A stretch of DNA of 31,382 nucleotides from an uncultured archaeon (GCA_964525635.1 CAZGJX010000045.1:1-31382); one strand, 5' to 3'. Counted from the first letter of the stretch, positions 18,833 through 28,578 are shown. The notes: generated by a model not told the origin, from the letters alone. Program-made: numbers and translations.

Positions 18833-20116
18833 ATTATTAATTTAATATATATTGATACCACTAATTCAGGTATTTCAGGGGATATGTTTCTAGCAGCTTT
18901 ATTAGAACTAGTTCCTAATTCTGAGGAAATAATAAATGAATTATCTAATTTAAAGAATTTTTTGTCTGGTATTTCTAAATTAGAAATCAAATTATTCAAA
19001 ATAAAAAGGAATGATATTGCTGTAAATCAGTTAAACATTGACCTAAAAGAAAAAAAACAACATAGGACAGTCAATGAACTTAGAGTGAGCTTAAATACAT
19101 TTTTAGATACATATATCTTTTCTAAACCAGCTAAAGTATATGCAAATGAAGTTTTAGATCTATTAATAAAAGCAGAATCAGAAGTACATAATAAAATAGA
19201 AGAAAAAATACATTTACATGAATTAAGTTCAGTAGATACACTCATTGATATTCTAGGAGTTACTAAATGCTTAGATCAAGTAGGGGTATTTGAGGAAAAT
19301 TACCAAATTTACTCTAGCACATTACCAGTAGGAGGAGGTAATATAACCAGTGCTCATGGTTTGATTCCTATACCTTCTCCAGCGTCAGTTAAAATTTTAG
19401 AAAAATTTAAAATGAAAGTGAGACCTGGCCCAATTGAAGAAGAATTGAGTACACCCACAGGAATTGCATTATTAGTAAATTTAAAGCCAATAGTTGAAAG
19501 TCCTAATTTTATCTTAGAAAAAGTGGTAAGTAGTTCAGGTCAAAAGAAATTTAAAAGATTTATTAATGTATTTAGAATTCTAAAAGGAAATAAAAAGGAA
19601 GATACTATTTTGAACGAAATTCAATCCCTATCCAAGTATAGTGAAAAAGTATCAGCCATAGAAACAAATGTGGATGATGTTTCTGGTGAAATAATTGGAG
19701 ATTTTATTGAACTAATGGAAAATGATAAAATATTAGATATACAAATTATCCAGTCGATTACAAAAAAGAATCGCCCAAGTTATATTATTAGAATACTTTG
19801 TAAACCAGTATATAAATTTGGAATCATAGAAAAACTAATCACGAATTTAGGTACATTAGGAGTGAGATATTATACTATTAATAGAATTTGTGTAGAAAGA
19901 GAAATCCAAAAAATGAATATTGAAATCGATCAAAATAATTATTCCATAAATTATAAAATCTCATATTATCTTGATGGAAATGAAAAAAAAATAGTTAATA
20001 TTAAACCAGAATATGATAATTTAAAAGAATTAAGTCGAAAAACAGGACATTCAATTAGGAATCTACTTTTTCTAATCCAAACAAAATTACAGGATAAATT
20101 AAATGAGACTTTATGA
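18833..20116 (+). CDS. larC: Nickel pincer cofactor biosynthesis protein LarC (start probably ATT at 18833 or 18836)
   Basis: YID...SGISGDM (upstream of the called ATG), AESEVH...HLHELSSVDTLIDI, AHGLIPIPSPA, EL.TPTG, ETNVDDVSGE, KKNRP, GTLGVR, KPEYD. Confidence 0.92.
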   Translation: MINLIYIDTTNSGISGDMFLAALLELVPNSEEIINELSNLKNFLSGISKLEIKLFKIKRNDIAVNQLNIDLKEKKQHRTVNELRVSLNTFLDTYIFSKPAKVYANEVLDLLIKAESEVHNKIEEKIHLHELSSVDTLIDILGVTKCLDQVGVFEENYQIYSSTLPVGGGNITSAHGLIPIPSPASVKILEKFKMKVRPGPIEEELSTPTGIALLVNLKPIVESPNFILEKVVSSSGQKKFKRFINVFRILKGNKKEDTILNEIQSLSKYSEKVSAIETNVDDVSGEIIGDFIELMENDKILDIQIIQSITKKNRPSYIIRILCKPVYKFGIIEKLITNLGTLGVRYYTINRICVEREIQKMNIEIDQNNYSINYKISYYLDGNEKKIVNIKPEYDNLKELSRKTGHSIRNLLFLIQTKLQDKLNETL

Positions 20117-20305
20117 CTGAAAGATCTTTATTAAACAATTCTTTTATTTAGATTTATTTTTTTTACAATTATTATATAAAAAAGAAATAAAAAAAATATT
20201 TTAAATAGGTCCCACAGAAAACTTCCAATTTCTTATTTACTTATATCGATTCATTTTTAATTATATTCAATCCATATTAGGTTTAATAAATTAAAAATGA
20301 TTTCT

Positions 20306-20833
20306 TTAAAATTCATCTACATGGAACTTATTCATTATATAATCCTCTTCAATAGCCTCTTTTGAATATTCTTTTAATGATTTAAGTTTCAATTTTATCT
20401 CTTTAACATTCTTTATTTTTCCAAGGCCTTGAAAAATTTCCATTGCTTCTTTGTAAGTATTAAAGGATTCCTCAAAATCACCGCTTACTTCGAGGTCTTC
20501 AGCGATAAATATAAGACCTTCACCAACTTCCTTTTTTTTTCCTAATTTTCTTTGGATTTTCAAGGATAGCCAATGATGCTTCAAACTTTCAGCATATTTC
20601 TTAAAAATAGAGTAGGTTCTACCCATATCTCTCAGAACCAGAGCCTCTTCATCCTTTAGATCGTTATTCTTACAGTATTTCAAGAGATTTCTTAGGAAGT
20701 CAATATATTCCTTGTAATCTTTTGATTTATCTATGTTCAGAAGAAATTTCTCATATATATCAAGAGTATTTCTGACGCTGACGTCACCGCTTTTAAACAA
20801 TTCTTTTGATCTTTTAAAAAGATCATCGCCCAT
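20306..20833 (-). CDS. Tetratricopeptide repeat protein
   Basis: EALVLRDMGRTY...AESLKHHWLSLKIQRKLG and GEGLIFIAED....GDFEESFNTYKEAMEIF; ATG 20833 preferred over TTG 20854. Confidence 0.75.
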   Translation of the reverse strand: MGDDLFKRSKELFKSGDVSVRNTLDIYEKFLLNIDKSKDYKEYIDFLRNLLKYCKNNDLKDEEALVLRDMGRTYSIFKKYAESLKHHWLSLKIQRKLGKKKEVGEGLIFIAEDLEVSGDFEESFNTYKEAMEIFQGLGKIKNVKEIKLKLKSLKEYSKEAIEEDYIMNKFHVDEF

Positions 20834-21390
20834 AATTGCGACCATTAGTCTCAACTACGTTATTTTTTCAGTTTGTTTATTTTTTTTTGAATTTTTATTA
20901 AAAATAGTACAATATACATTATAATCAATGATATATTTATAGTTATTCCTCTTAAAAAATAAACTAATATTATTATAAACGGATAAAAAAATAAATCTAA
21001 TTAACCTTATCTTTTAGCTAAATTTCAATCAAATAATTATTTTATTAATTTATTATCTATTTAAATAAAGATTTCTCAATTTCAAGCTCCATTCCAAATA
21101 GATTTTAATTTTAACCTATAATTATATATATAGAAATTTATAGATTTTTAGAAAATTTACTATTTTTATTATAAATATAGTTTTATCATAGACAAAAAGG
21201 ATCTAATCAAGGTCATTAGGTTATACTATTGTCATTTGAGTTCAAAATATACATTATAAATAAGATCAAGATTAATAACTTCAAATTCTCAAAGCTATTG
21301 CATAATATTTAAAGATATTTCGCATTATGTTTTTGTTTTAAATAAATAAGATTTGGTAAAAACTAAATAAAAACATATCTACACTTAGGA

Positions 21391-22176
21391 TTAATTTATT
21401 TTTTTAACTCTATTAGCGATTAATGATGCAGAAGCTCCAGCACCAAAACCATTATCTATATTAACTACTAATAATCCTGGTGAACATGATTGTAACATGG
21501 TAATTAAAGCTCCTTTTCCTTTTTCTCCAAACCCATATCCAGAGGAAACTGGAACACCAATGACAGGAACATCTACTAAGGCAGCAATTACTCCTGGCAA
21601 AGTTCCCTCCATACCTGCGCATACTATAATTACATCTACTTTCTTTTTAATCATATTAGTCAATGGTTCGAAAATCCTATGTAAGCCCGCAATTCCAATA
21701 TCATAACTAGATATAGTTACACATCCCATTGCATTAGCTATAATTTTTGCTTCTTCTGCAACAGGAATATCAGAAGTACCTGCTGTAATGATACCAACTA
21801 TACCTTTCTTTTTAACAAAGTTGAAATTCTTTTTCTTTATTATGATTATTCTACCAGGTTCATTAATTTCAATATCATATTTTTCACTTTCATTATAATT
21901 TTTAATGATAAAATCTCTATGTGCCCTCTTATATCTTGATATTATAACAAAATGGTTTTCCTCTAAATATGATTTAATTATTTCTAATAATAATTTTGGA
22001 TCTTTCTTTTCAGCAAAAATAACCTCTGGTATACCAGTCCTCACTTCACGTAAAATATCTAATTTGGCTAAATCTTCTACAGATTTTACTATGTTTACTT
22101 TAAGTAAATTCTCTGCTTCTTCGATTGAGATTTCCTGTTTAGTAAGCTTTTCCAGAATATCTTTTATATTACTCAT
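21391..22176 (-). CDS. larB: Nickel pincer cofactor biosynthesis protein LarB
   Basis: D..R..RTGIPEVIFAE.K, TAGTSDIPVAEEA, DIGIAGLHR, AGMEGTLPGV, VIGVPVSSGYG, MLQSCSPG..VVNIDNGFGA. Confidence 0.95.
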   Translation of the reverse strand: MSNIKDILEKLTKQEISIEEAENLLKVNIVKSVEDLAKLDILREVRTGIPEVIFAEKKDPKLLLEIIKSYLEENHFVIISRYKRAHRDFIIKNYNESEKYDIEINEPGRIIIIKKKNFNFVKKKGIVGIITAGTSDIPVAEEAKIIANAMGCVTISSYDIGIAGLHRIFEPLTNMIKKKVDVIIVCAGMEGTLPGVIAALVDVPVIGVPVSSGYGFGEKGKGALITMLQSCSPGLLVVNIDNGFGAGASASLIANRVKKIN

Positions 22177-22367
22177 TTCAACTATTGATTTTATTATATT
22201 GCTATATTTAAGAATTATTTCAGAATAAATCTATTTTCTTCTATATTTAATGAGTATTTGTTAATTTAATAATTAAATTGTAAAATTAAGATAATAATTA
22301 ACAAAATTTTATTCATATTGCTATATTAATTAAAAATATAAAAATTATTCTGATGTGATAATTAAAA

Positions 22368-23585
22368 ATGTTCGATTATGTATCTTATAAAGATGTAGAT
22401 TTAAAAGGTAAAAAAGTTCTAATTAGACCGGACATCAATTCAAATATAGATGTTCAAAATAAAAGTATTCGTGAATCACCAAGAATACAGGCATTAGGAA
22501 AAGCATTAGAAGAATTTAAAGAATCTGCCGTTGTAATAATGGCGCATCAATCTCGACCAGGTAGTAAAGATTTCACTTCCTTAAAATTACATGCAGAGGA
22601 ATTAAAAAAATATACAGATATGCCTGTGAATTTTGTTGACGATATTTTCGGAGAAAAAGCAATTCAAAGAATTAAAGATTTAAAAATTGGGGAAGTACTA
22701 GTACTTGAGAACGTTAGAATGTGGGATACTGAAAATAAGACATTTGAAGACTTTTCTGAAGCGGAAAAATTAGAGATGATCCAAGCACTAGCACCATTAT
22801 TTGATTATTTTATTGCCGATGCTTTTGGAGCCGCTCATAGAGCTCAACCATCAATAATTGGATGGCCAAAATTAATAGCAGGTCCAACTGTTGTTAAAGA
22901 ATTTGAATATATGGCAAAACTTTTAGATAATCCAGAAAAACCTATTGCCATGTTAATTGGTGGAGCAAAAGCAATTGATAAATATAAAGCGATGAAATTT
23001 AATTTTGAAAATGATAGACTTGATTATGCTTTATGTGCGGGTTTAACTGCTATTTTAATAATGGAAGCACTTGGAATTCATACAGGAGAACCAAATAAAA
23101 AGGCAATTGAGAAAGATCTATCAAAAGCTAAGGATGATATTATTGCAACATATGAAAAATATAAACAAAATATCATTTTACCAAAAGATCTAATAATAAA
23201 TGATAATGGAAATAGAAAAAATATCGAAATTAATGATTTAGAGGAGTATAATGCCGTTACTGGTGATATTGGAGAAGAAACAACTAAAGAATTCACTAAT
23301 ATTATGAAAAAATGTAAGACTATTGTAGCAAATGGTCCACCAGGTATTTTTGAAGAAGAAATATTTCGAAAAGGAACTAAGGATATGATTGCTGCTATGG
23401 CAAATTCTACGATTGAAAATAATTCATTAACTGTAATTGGGGGTGGCGAAATGGGTACGGCAGCAGAAATGTTTGGCTATGCAGATAAAGTATCCTTTAT
23501 ATCTACAGGTGGAGGGGCAATGCTTGAAATTTTATCAGGGATTGAGGTTCCTCTTGTAAAAGCTCTACGAGAGAAAAAACCATAA
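22368..23585 (+). CDS. pgk: Phosphoglycerate kinase (archaeal type)
   Basis: RPDINS, AHQSRPG, LENVR, DAFGAAHRAQPS, GGAK, NGPPGIFE, GGG, ISTGGGA. Confidence 0.96.
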   Translation: MFDYVSYKDVDLKGKKVLIRPDINSNIDVQNKSIRESPRIQALGKALEEFKESAVVIMAHQSRPGSKDFTSLKLHAEELKKYTDMPVNFVDDIFGEKAIQRIKDLKIGEVLVLENVRMWDTENKTFEDFSEAEKLEMIQALAPLFDYFIADAFGAAHRAQPSIIGWPKLIAGPTVVKEFEYMAKLLDNPEKPIAMLIGGAKAIDKYKAMKFNFENDRLDYALCAGLTAILIMEALGIHTGEPNKKAIEKDLSKAKDDIIATYEKYKQNIILPKDLIINDNGNRKNIEINDLEEYNAVTGDIGEETTKEFTNIMKKCKTIVANGPPGIFEEEIFRKGTKDMIAAMANSTIENNSLTVIGGGEMGTAAEMFGYADKVSFISTGGGAMLEILSGIEVPLVKALREKKP

Positions 23586-23597
23586 TTTTTTTTTTTT
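23586..23597 (+). terminator. Oligo-T terminator after pgk
   Basis: T12 run immediately after the stop codon. Confidence 0.55.
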
Positions 23598-23719
23598 CTT
23601 ACTCTTTATTTATATCTTAATTTAGAAATTAACACTTAAAAGTAAATATATAAACATTGTAGCATTTTGATAAAATATTTATTATTTACTGCTCTATTTA
23701 AAATAATATTATTTAAGCA

Positions 23720-23728
23720 TTATAAATA
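23720..23728 (+). promoter_or_regulatory. Possible TATA box for the tRNA
   Basis: TTATAAATA about 17-25 nt upstream of the mature 5' end; the AT-rich background lowers specificity. Confidence 0.3.
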
Positions 23729-23744
23729 AATAAAACCTAACATT

Positions 23745-23876
23745 GGGCCAATGGTCTAGTGGTATGAAAATTTGAAATTAATCCAAATTTGACCAAACGT
23801 TCGCTTGACGTGCGAAAGGTCGGGAGTTCAATAGAATCTTTCGATTAGAAATATTCTGAAATCCTCCCTTGGCCCA
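23745..23876 (+). tRNA. tRNA-Val(GAC) with two 30-nt introns (positions 23/24 and 59/60); CCA not encoded
   Basis: Exons 23745-23766, 23797-23832 and 23863-23876 join to a 72-nt cloverleaf: acceptor GGGCCAA/TTGGCCC+A, anticodon stem TTCGC/GCGAA, GAC at 23807-23809, T stem GGGAG/CTCCC with loop TTCAATC. Confidence 0.93.
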
Positions 23877-23907
23877 TTAATTAAAAACAAAATAAAAGAT
23901 CATTAAA

Positions 23908-24387
23908 ATGCCGGTTAGAATTCGCTGGAAATCAAAAAACTATTACGGAATTGCATTAATGTTTTTAGGAGCTTGTGGATTATTCCAAAGCCTTTTTATA
24001 ATAATCGCTCAATTCATTTTAAGAGTTGGTAATTATTTTGCTCTTATAATTATTCCTTTAGCAGTTTCTCTAGGTTTAACCTATGGAGCAATGATTATAT
24101 TTGAAAGTATAGCTCAAGTCCAAAAACGAACACAATTAAAAACTCAATTCAAAAAAAAAAAATCAGATATTACTCTTACTAAAAAAATATTAATTTTTCC
24201 CATAACAATACCATTAATTATAACCTTAGCAGTCTTTTCGATATTTTTCATAATTTCATATTCAATTTCGATCACATTTTTAGACAGACGTTTATCTTTT
24301 ACAATTTCTGAACCAACTGGAGTCCTAATTTTATTACTAATAGCAAATGGAATTGAAAAATATTATGGAAAAGTTATTAGATATTAA
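23908..24387 (+). CDS. Hypothetical membrane protein (4 predicted TM helices)
   Basis: Four hydrophobic segments with a basic central loop. Confidence 0.7.
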   Translation: MPVRIRWKSKNYYGIALMFLGACGLFQSLFIIIAQFILRVGNYFALIIIPLAVSLGLTYGAMIIFESIAQVQKRTQLKTQFKKKKSDITLTKKILIFPITIPLIITLAVFSIFFIISYSISITFLDRRLSFTISEPTGVLILLLIANGIEKYYGKVIRY

Positions 24388-24609
24388 GCTAAGATAACTT
24401 ATTCCAATAAATCTTATAATTTATATTCTTATTTCAACTATCATTGAAATTATCATACTAAAAATAGAAAATGCTTTTTTTTGAGCAGAAGTTTTTTTTT
24501 TAATTATCACTAAAAATATATTCGATTATTTATATTATAATGATGGAATAAAAATATAGTATAATTAAGTGTTTTAAAAATAATTTTATCTATAAATTAA
24601 ATCATTTTA

Positions 24610-26781
24610 TTGCTTATGGGGCTTAATAGGAAATCAAAAATAGCAAATAATTTAACTAAGGAAGAAAGTATATCAAATAATGAAATACTTCTAAGTAAAG
24701 AATTCTATAAATTAATTAAATACTTGGATAAAGGAGAATTTCAAGAAGGTAGCGAATTTGCCAATAAAGTAATAGTAAAATGTCAGGAGAGAGAAGATAG
24801 ATTAGGAGAAATAGATGCAATCCTTGGAAAGGTAGAGAATATTATATGTTTAAGTTTATTTAAAGAATCAATTGAATTAATAGAAGAGGGAAATTCACTT
24901 TTAAAAGAAATCCAACATTTTGACCCTAACGAATTAAAGCTAAGAAAAGCCTATCTTAAATTCCTTAAAGGTAGAATATATGCTGAAAGATTTGAAATGT
25001 ACCCTGCAATTAAATTATTTGAAGAAAGTTATCAGTTAAGAAAAGAAATAAATGATAAAGTTGGAATGATGTGGTCATTATTAAATTGGGGTACATCAAC
25101 AATATCTATTGGGAATTTTAAAAATGGTGAAATATATCTAAATAAAAGTTTAAGTTTAGCAGAAGAAATCGATGTTGAACTTGGTATTATTTGGAGTTTA
25201 ATTAATTTAAGTGGAGTCCAATATCACTTAAGAGATTTAGATAAAGCTATTTTTTATGCTGAAAAATGTCTTGAAATTGGAGAACCAAAAGTATATAGAC
25301 ATTCAAATTCAATGTGTTATTACTTAATTGGAAGTTGTTTATATGAGAAAGGAGACTTAGATAAAGCAGTATTATATTTTGAAAAAAATTTGGATAATAG
25401 ATTGGAAACAGGATATAAAAACTTAATTGCACAATCATATTATAGTATTGGAAATGTCTATAGTCAAAAAGGTGAGCTTAAAAGAAGTTTAGAATACTAT
25501 AAAAAAATAATAATGATGCCTGAGGTAAGGAATGATCAAATATTAAAACCCGCATATTATACGACTATTGGTAAAATATATGGAGAGCTTGGAGACTTTT
25601 CTAAAGCAAATGATTATTTGCTTAAAGCTTTAAAATTATTTGAAAAACGTAAAATATATATTTTTCACTATCTCAATTGTAATTTATCAATAACAAGAAC
25701 TTTGCATTATTTAATTGTTCTTTTAGTAAATAGTGAAAAACTTGAAAAAGCTAACGAATATTTGAAAAAATTAAATGAAATATATAAAGAAAATCCTGAT
25801 TTTTCTCAATATGAACAATTATATTATTTAGATAAAGCAATTATTTTAAAATCGAGCAATCGCTTAATGGATAAAATGGAAGCGGGATTAATTCTTAAAA
25901 AATTAGTTAAAGAGAAGATAATCGATCATGAAATAACAATTGAAGCTATGACAAATTTATGTGAACTTTTAATATATGAATTAGAACTATCAGCAAATAA
26001 GAAGATTCTCCAAGAAATAAAAGAACTTTCTGATAAATTACTTGTAATTTCAAAATCTAAATTCTTATATAACTTATTAGCAGAGACTTACTTTTTTAAA
26101 GCAAAAATAGCATTAATTAATTTAGAAATAAATAAAGCACGTTTATTATTAATAAAAGCTCAAAATACAGCTAAGATATATGGGTTAAGGCGCTTAGCAA
26201 ATAAGATTTCAAACGAACATGATCATTTATTATCTCATCTAGATAAATGGAAAGAAATTGCTGAAGATAATATTCCTTTAGAGAAAAGAGTGAAACATGC
26301 TAGACATGAATTTTTATTTTCAAAAATGTTGAGAACGAAAATTGAAGAGTTTCCAACTATAGAAGATAATCCTGTATATCTAGTGATAATGTATCCTCAT
26401 AATGGTAGATGTTTATATAGTAGAACTTTTCAAGATATAGGGATTAATGATGATGATCTCATTACAAGTTTTATCTCTGCTATAAATATTTTTGGTAAAG
26501 AGGCTTTTTCCAATTCAGGTTCTATCGATAGAATTAAACATGGGGAATACCTAATAATTATTAAATCCCATGATATTTTTTCATTCGGATATGTATTTAA
26601 AGGGCATTCCTATCTCGCTATAAATAAATTAGATAATTTCATAGAGACCATATCTCTTTTAACAAATATAGCTGAAAGTTTAATTATGTCCGTGAAGACT
26701 TTTTTAGACATTTCTGAAGAAAGTCGTCTAACTATTGACCAAATAGTTGATAATATTTTTTTATCTGGGAATAATAGCTAA
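24610..26781 (+). CDS. TPR-repeat protein with C-terminal longin-like domain
   Basis: Multiple TPRs (e.g. IAQSYYSIGNVYSQKGELKRSLEYY); C-terminal YLVIM...GRCLYSRTF...DDLITSFISAINIFGKEAF...IDRIKHGEY. Confidence 0.8.
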   Translation: MLMGLNRKSKIANNLTKEESISNNEILLSKEFYKLIKYLDKGEFQEGSEFANKVIVKCQEREDRLGEIDAILGKVENIICLSLFKESIELIEEGNSLLKEIQHFDPNELKLRKAYLKFLKGRIYAERFEMYPAIKLFEESYQLRKEINDKVGMMWSLLNWGTSTISIGNFKNGEIYLNKSLSLAEEIDVELGIIWSLINLSGVQYHLRDLDKAIFYAEKCLEIGEPKVYRHSNSMCYYLIGSCLYEKGDLDKAVLYFEKNLDNRLETGYKNLIAQSYYSIGNVYSQKGELKRSLEYYKKIIMMPEVRNDQILKPAYYTTIGKIYGELGDFSKANDYLLKALKLFEKRKIYIFHYLNCNLSITRTLHYLIVLLVNSEKLEKANEYLKKLNEIYKENPDFSQYEQLYYLDKAIILKSSNRLMDKMEAGLILKKLVKEKIIDHEITIEAMTNLCELLIYELELSANKKILQEIKELSDKLLVISKSKFLYNLLAETYFFKAKIALINLEINKARLLLIKAQNTAKIYGLRRLANKISNEHDHLLSHLDKWKEIAEDNIPLEKRVKHARHEFLFSKMLRTKIEEFPTIEDNPVYLVIMYPHNGRCLYSRTFQDIGINDDDLITSFISAINIFGKEAFSNSGSIDRIKHGEYLIIIKSHDIFSFGYVFKGHSYLAINKLDNFIETISLLTNIAESLIMSVKTFLDISEESRLTIDQIVDNIFLSGNNS

Positions 26782-27028
26782 ATAAACACTCATTTCAGAA
26801 TTCTCAGTTCTTTTTTTATTCTTCCTCAATGAAAAATTACTAAACATATCTGAATAATTTTGAAATAAATATAATTATGAATACTTTTATGAGATACATA
26901 TCAAATATATAAAAAATATAGATCTCTAATTTGAAGGCAATTAATAGGTTTTTAAATAATAAATAAATTAAAAACATAAGTAAACACCCATTAATTATTT
27001 ATATTAATTATAAATAAAAGGAATAACA

Positions 27029-27871
27029 ATGAAAGTTGAAGTACGTTGTCCATCTTGCTTAAAAATAGGATTCATTGAAATCTCAGATGATGAATTTAAG
27101 AAGACAAACAGAGGATTATTATCAGTAAATATTGCTGAAAGAATTATATGTCATCATTCATTCATAGCTTATATCGATAAAAACCTTCATGTAAGAGATT
27201 GTTTTATAGCAGATTTTCATATTAAGATTCCTGAACTACTCCCACAACAAACTGATGATGATAAATTAACAAAATCTGATGATATTGATGTAGTTTTAAT
27301 AAAATTAAATTTACCAGCATCATTAATAGCTTATTTACTTAGAGGTATTTTTCTCAGAAGATATTTAGTTTTATTAAATAACCAAGATTTTTTATATAAA
27401 CATATTAAGAATCTAATTGATTATGTTTTGGATTATTCTTTTGAAAATAAAGTCGAAATCATCACCAGTGATGCTTTTTTTAAAAATATGGATAAATACA
27501 AGGAATATATCATTTTAGAAGGGAATAAAATAATTCAAGATAAGAAGCACATTATTAATTCAAAAGATCTTAAAGTTGAAAGAACGATTGTTGAAGATTT
27601 TTTTTCACAGGATGACATTAACTCTAGTTTATTAATCCTTAAAAATGAAATCAGAAAATCTTACAATTTAGCGGAATCAATTGCTGAATTTGTTAAAAAA
27701 ATTAATGGAAAGGAGGTTCAATCAAAGGAAATCTTAGATCATATTGCCAAAAAGTACAATGTTGAGATTAATATACCATATCTAGATTTTTTGATTGAAA
27801 TCGTTGAGAATTACTTTAATGTGAAGGTCCCTCGTTCTTCTAATATATCCAATTTTCTTGGATTATTATAA
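27029..27871 (+). CDS. Hypothetical protein with N-terminal Zn-binding domain (CxxC...CxH)
   Basis: VRCPSC...ICHHSFIAYIDKNLHVRD, then an alpha/beta core and a helical C-terminus; AAGGA precedes the ATG. Confidence 0.7.
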   Translation: MKVEVRCPSCLKIGFIEISDDEFKKTNRGLLSVNIAERIICHHSFIAYIDKNLHVRDCFIADFHIKIPELLPQQTDDDKLTKSDDIDVVLIKLNLPASLIAYLLRGIFLRRYLVLLNNQDFLYKHIKNLIDYVLDYSFENKVEIITSDAFFKNMDKYKEYIILEGNKIIQDKKHIINSKDLKVERTIVEDFFSQDDINSSLLILKNEIRKSYNLAESIAEFVKKINGKEVQSKEILDHIAKKYNVEINIPYLDFLIEIVENYFNVKVPRSSNISNFLGLL

Positions 27872-27983
27872 AACCTATTTTGAAAAAGTAAGATATTTTA
27901 TATTGGTTGTAAATTATAAAATAATTAATTAAACTCAATTAAATAATATATTCAATAAATTTAATAAGGAGAAAGGAATCTAA

Positions 27984-28412
27984 ATGCCAAAAAAAATGCC
28001 TGAAATAAAAGATGATTGGGTAATAGGTACAAGTGAACATCAAGGAAAACCAATGATTATAAGACGTAATTTTGGTGTTAAAAAAATTAAGGGAAAAGGA
28101 TATTTCAATTTATGTTCTGGTATTTCCTTTAAATTATTGATACAAACTCAAAATGGTTTACAATCTAAAGAAGAGAATGAATATCTTAATACTCTTGAGA
28201 ATAAAATTTTTGAGTATTTTGATAATAATAAAAATTTTGTTGTAACAGTTATACTATCCACAAGTGGCTTTAAAGAATATATAATTTATCATAACGAAGA
28301 ATGTAATTTTATACAGCATTTCAATAATTTATAGTCTTTATTCAAGAAATATATTTTAACTACATATACCAGAAATGATAAAAAATGGGATGGTTATTCT
28401 AAATTTAAATAA
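27984..28412 (+). pseudogene. DUF695-like gene interrupted by in-frame TAG at 28332-28334
   Basis: W......G.PMIIRRN, NGL.SKEE..L..LE, G.KEYIIY. The frame continues past the TAG as SLFKKYILTTYTRNDKKWDGYSKFK*, giving the family-typical C-terminal D..W..Y..F. Confidence 0.7.
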
Positions 28413-28531
28413 CAAATTCTAATTCATATCTAAAAAGTATTAGATCTTTTTTATTTCAATCTAATTATTAACATTTTTTATTTAAAAAATATTATAGAGA
28501 TATCACATACATATAATTTTCTGTTCACGAA

Positions 28532-28578
28532 AGTGGACTTTTAAATCCATTTTCCATTAAAAAATCATCATTTTCCAT
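28532..28578 (+). repeat. 47-bp intergenic element, copy 1
   Basis: AGTGGACTTTTAAATCCATTTTCCAT-N13-TTTTCCAT; 24 of the first 26 nt and the last 8 nt are identical to copy 2. Confidence 0.8.

Noticed and set aside
16191-21240. 12-bp match TTGTCATTTGAG at 16191 and 21229
   Set aside because: Short matches of this length are plausible by chance in AT-rich DNA, and the flanks do not extend.
20855-21390. Long gap between the TPR gene and larB as a hidden gene or ncRNA
   Set aside because: Only very short ORFs and no GC-enriched structured segment were seen.
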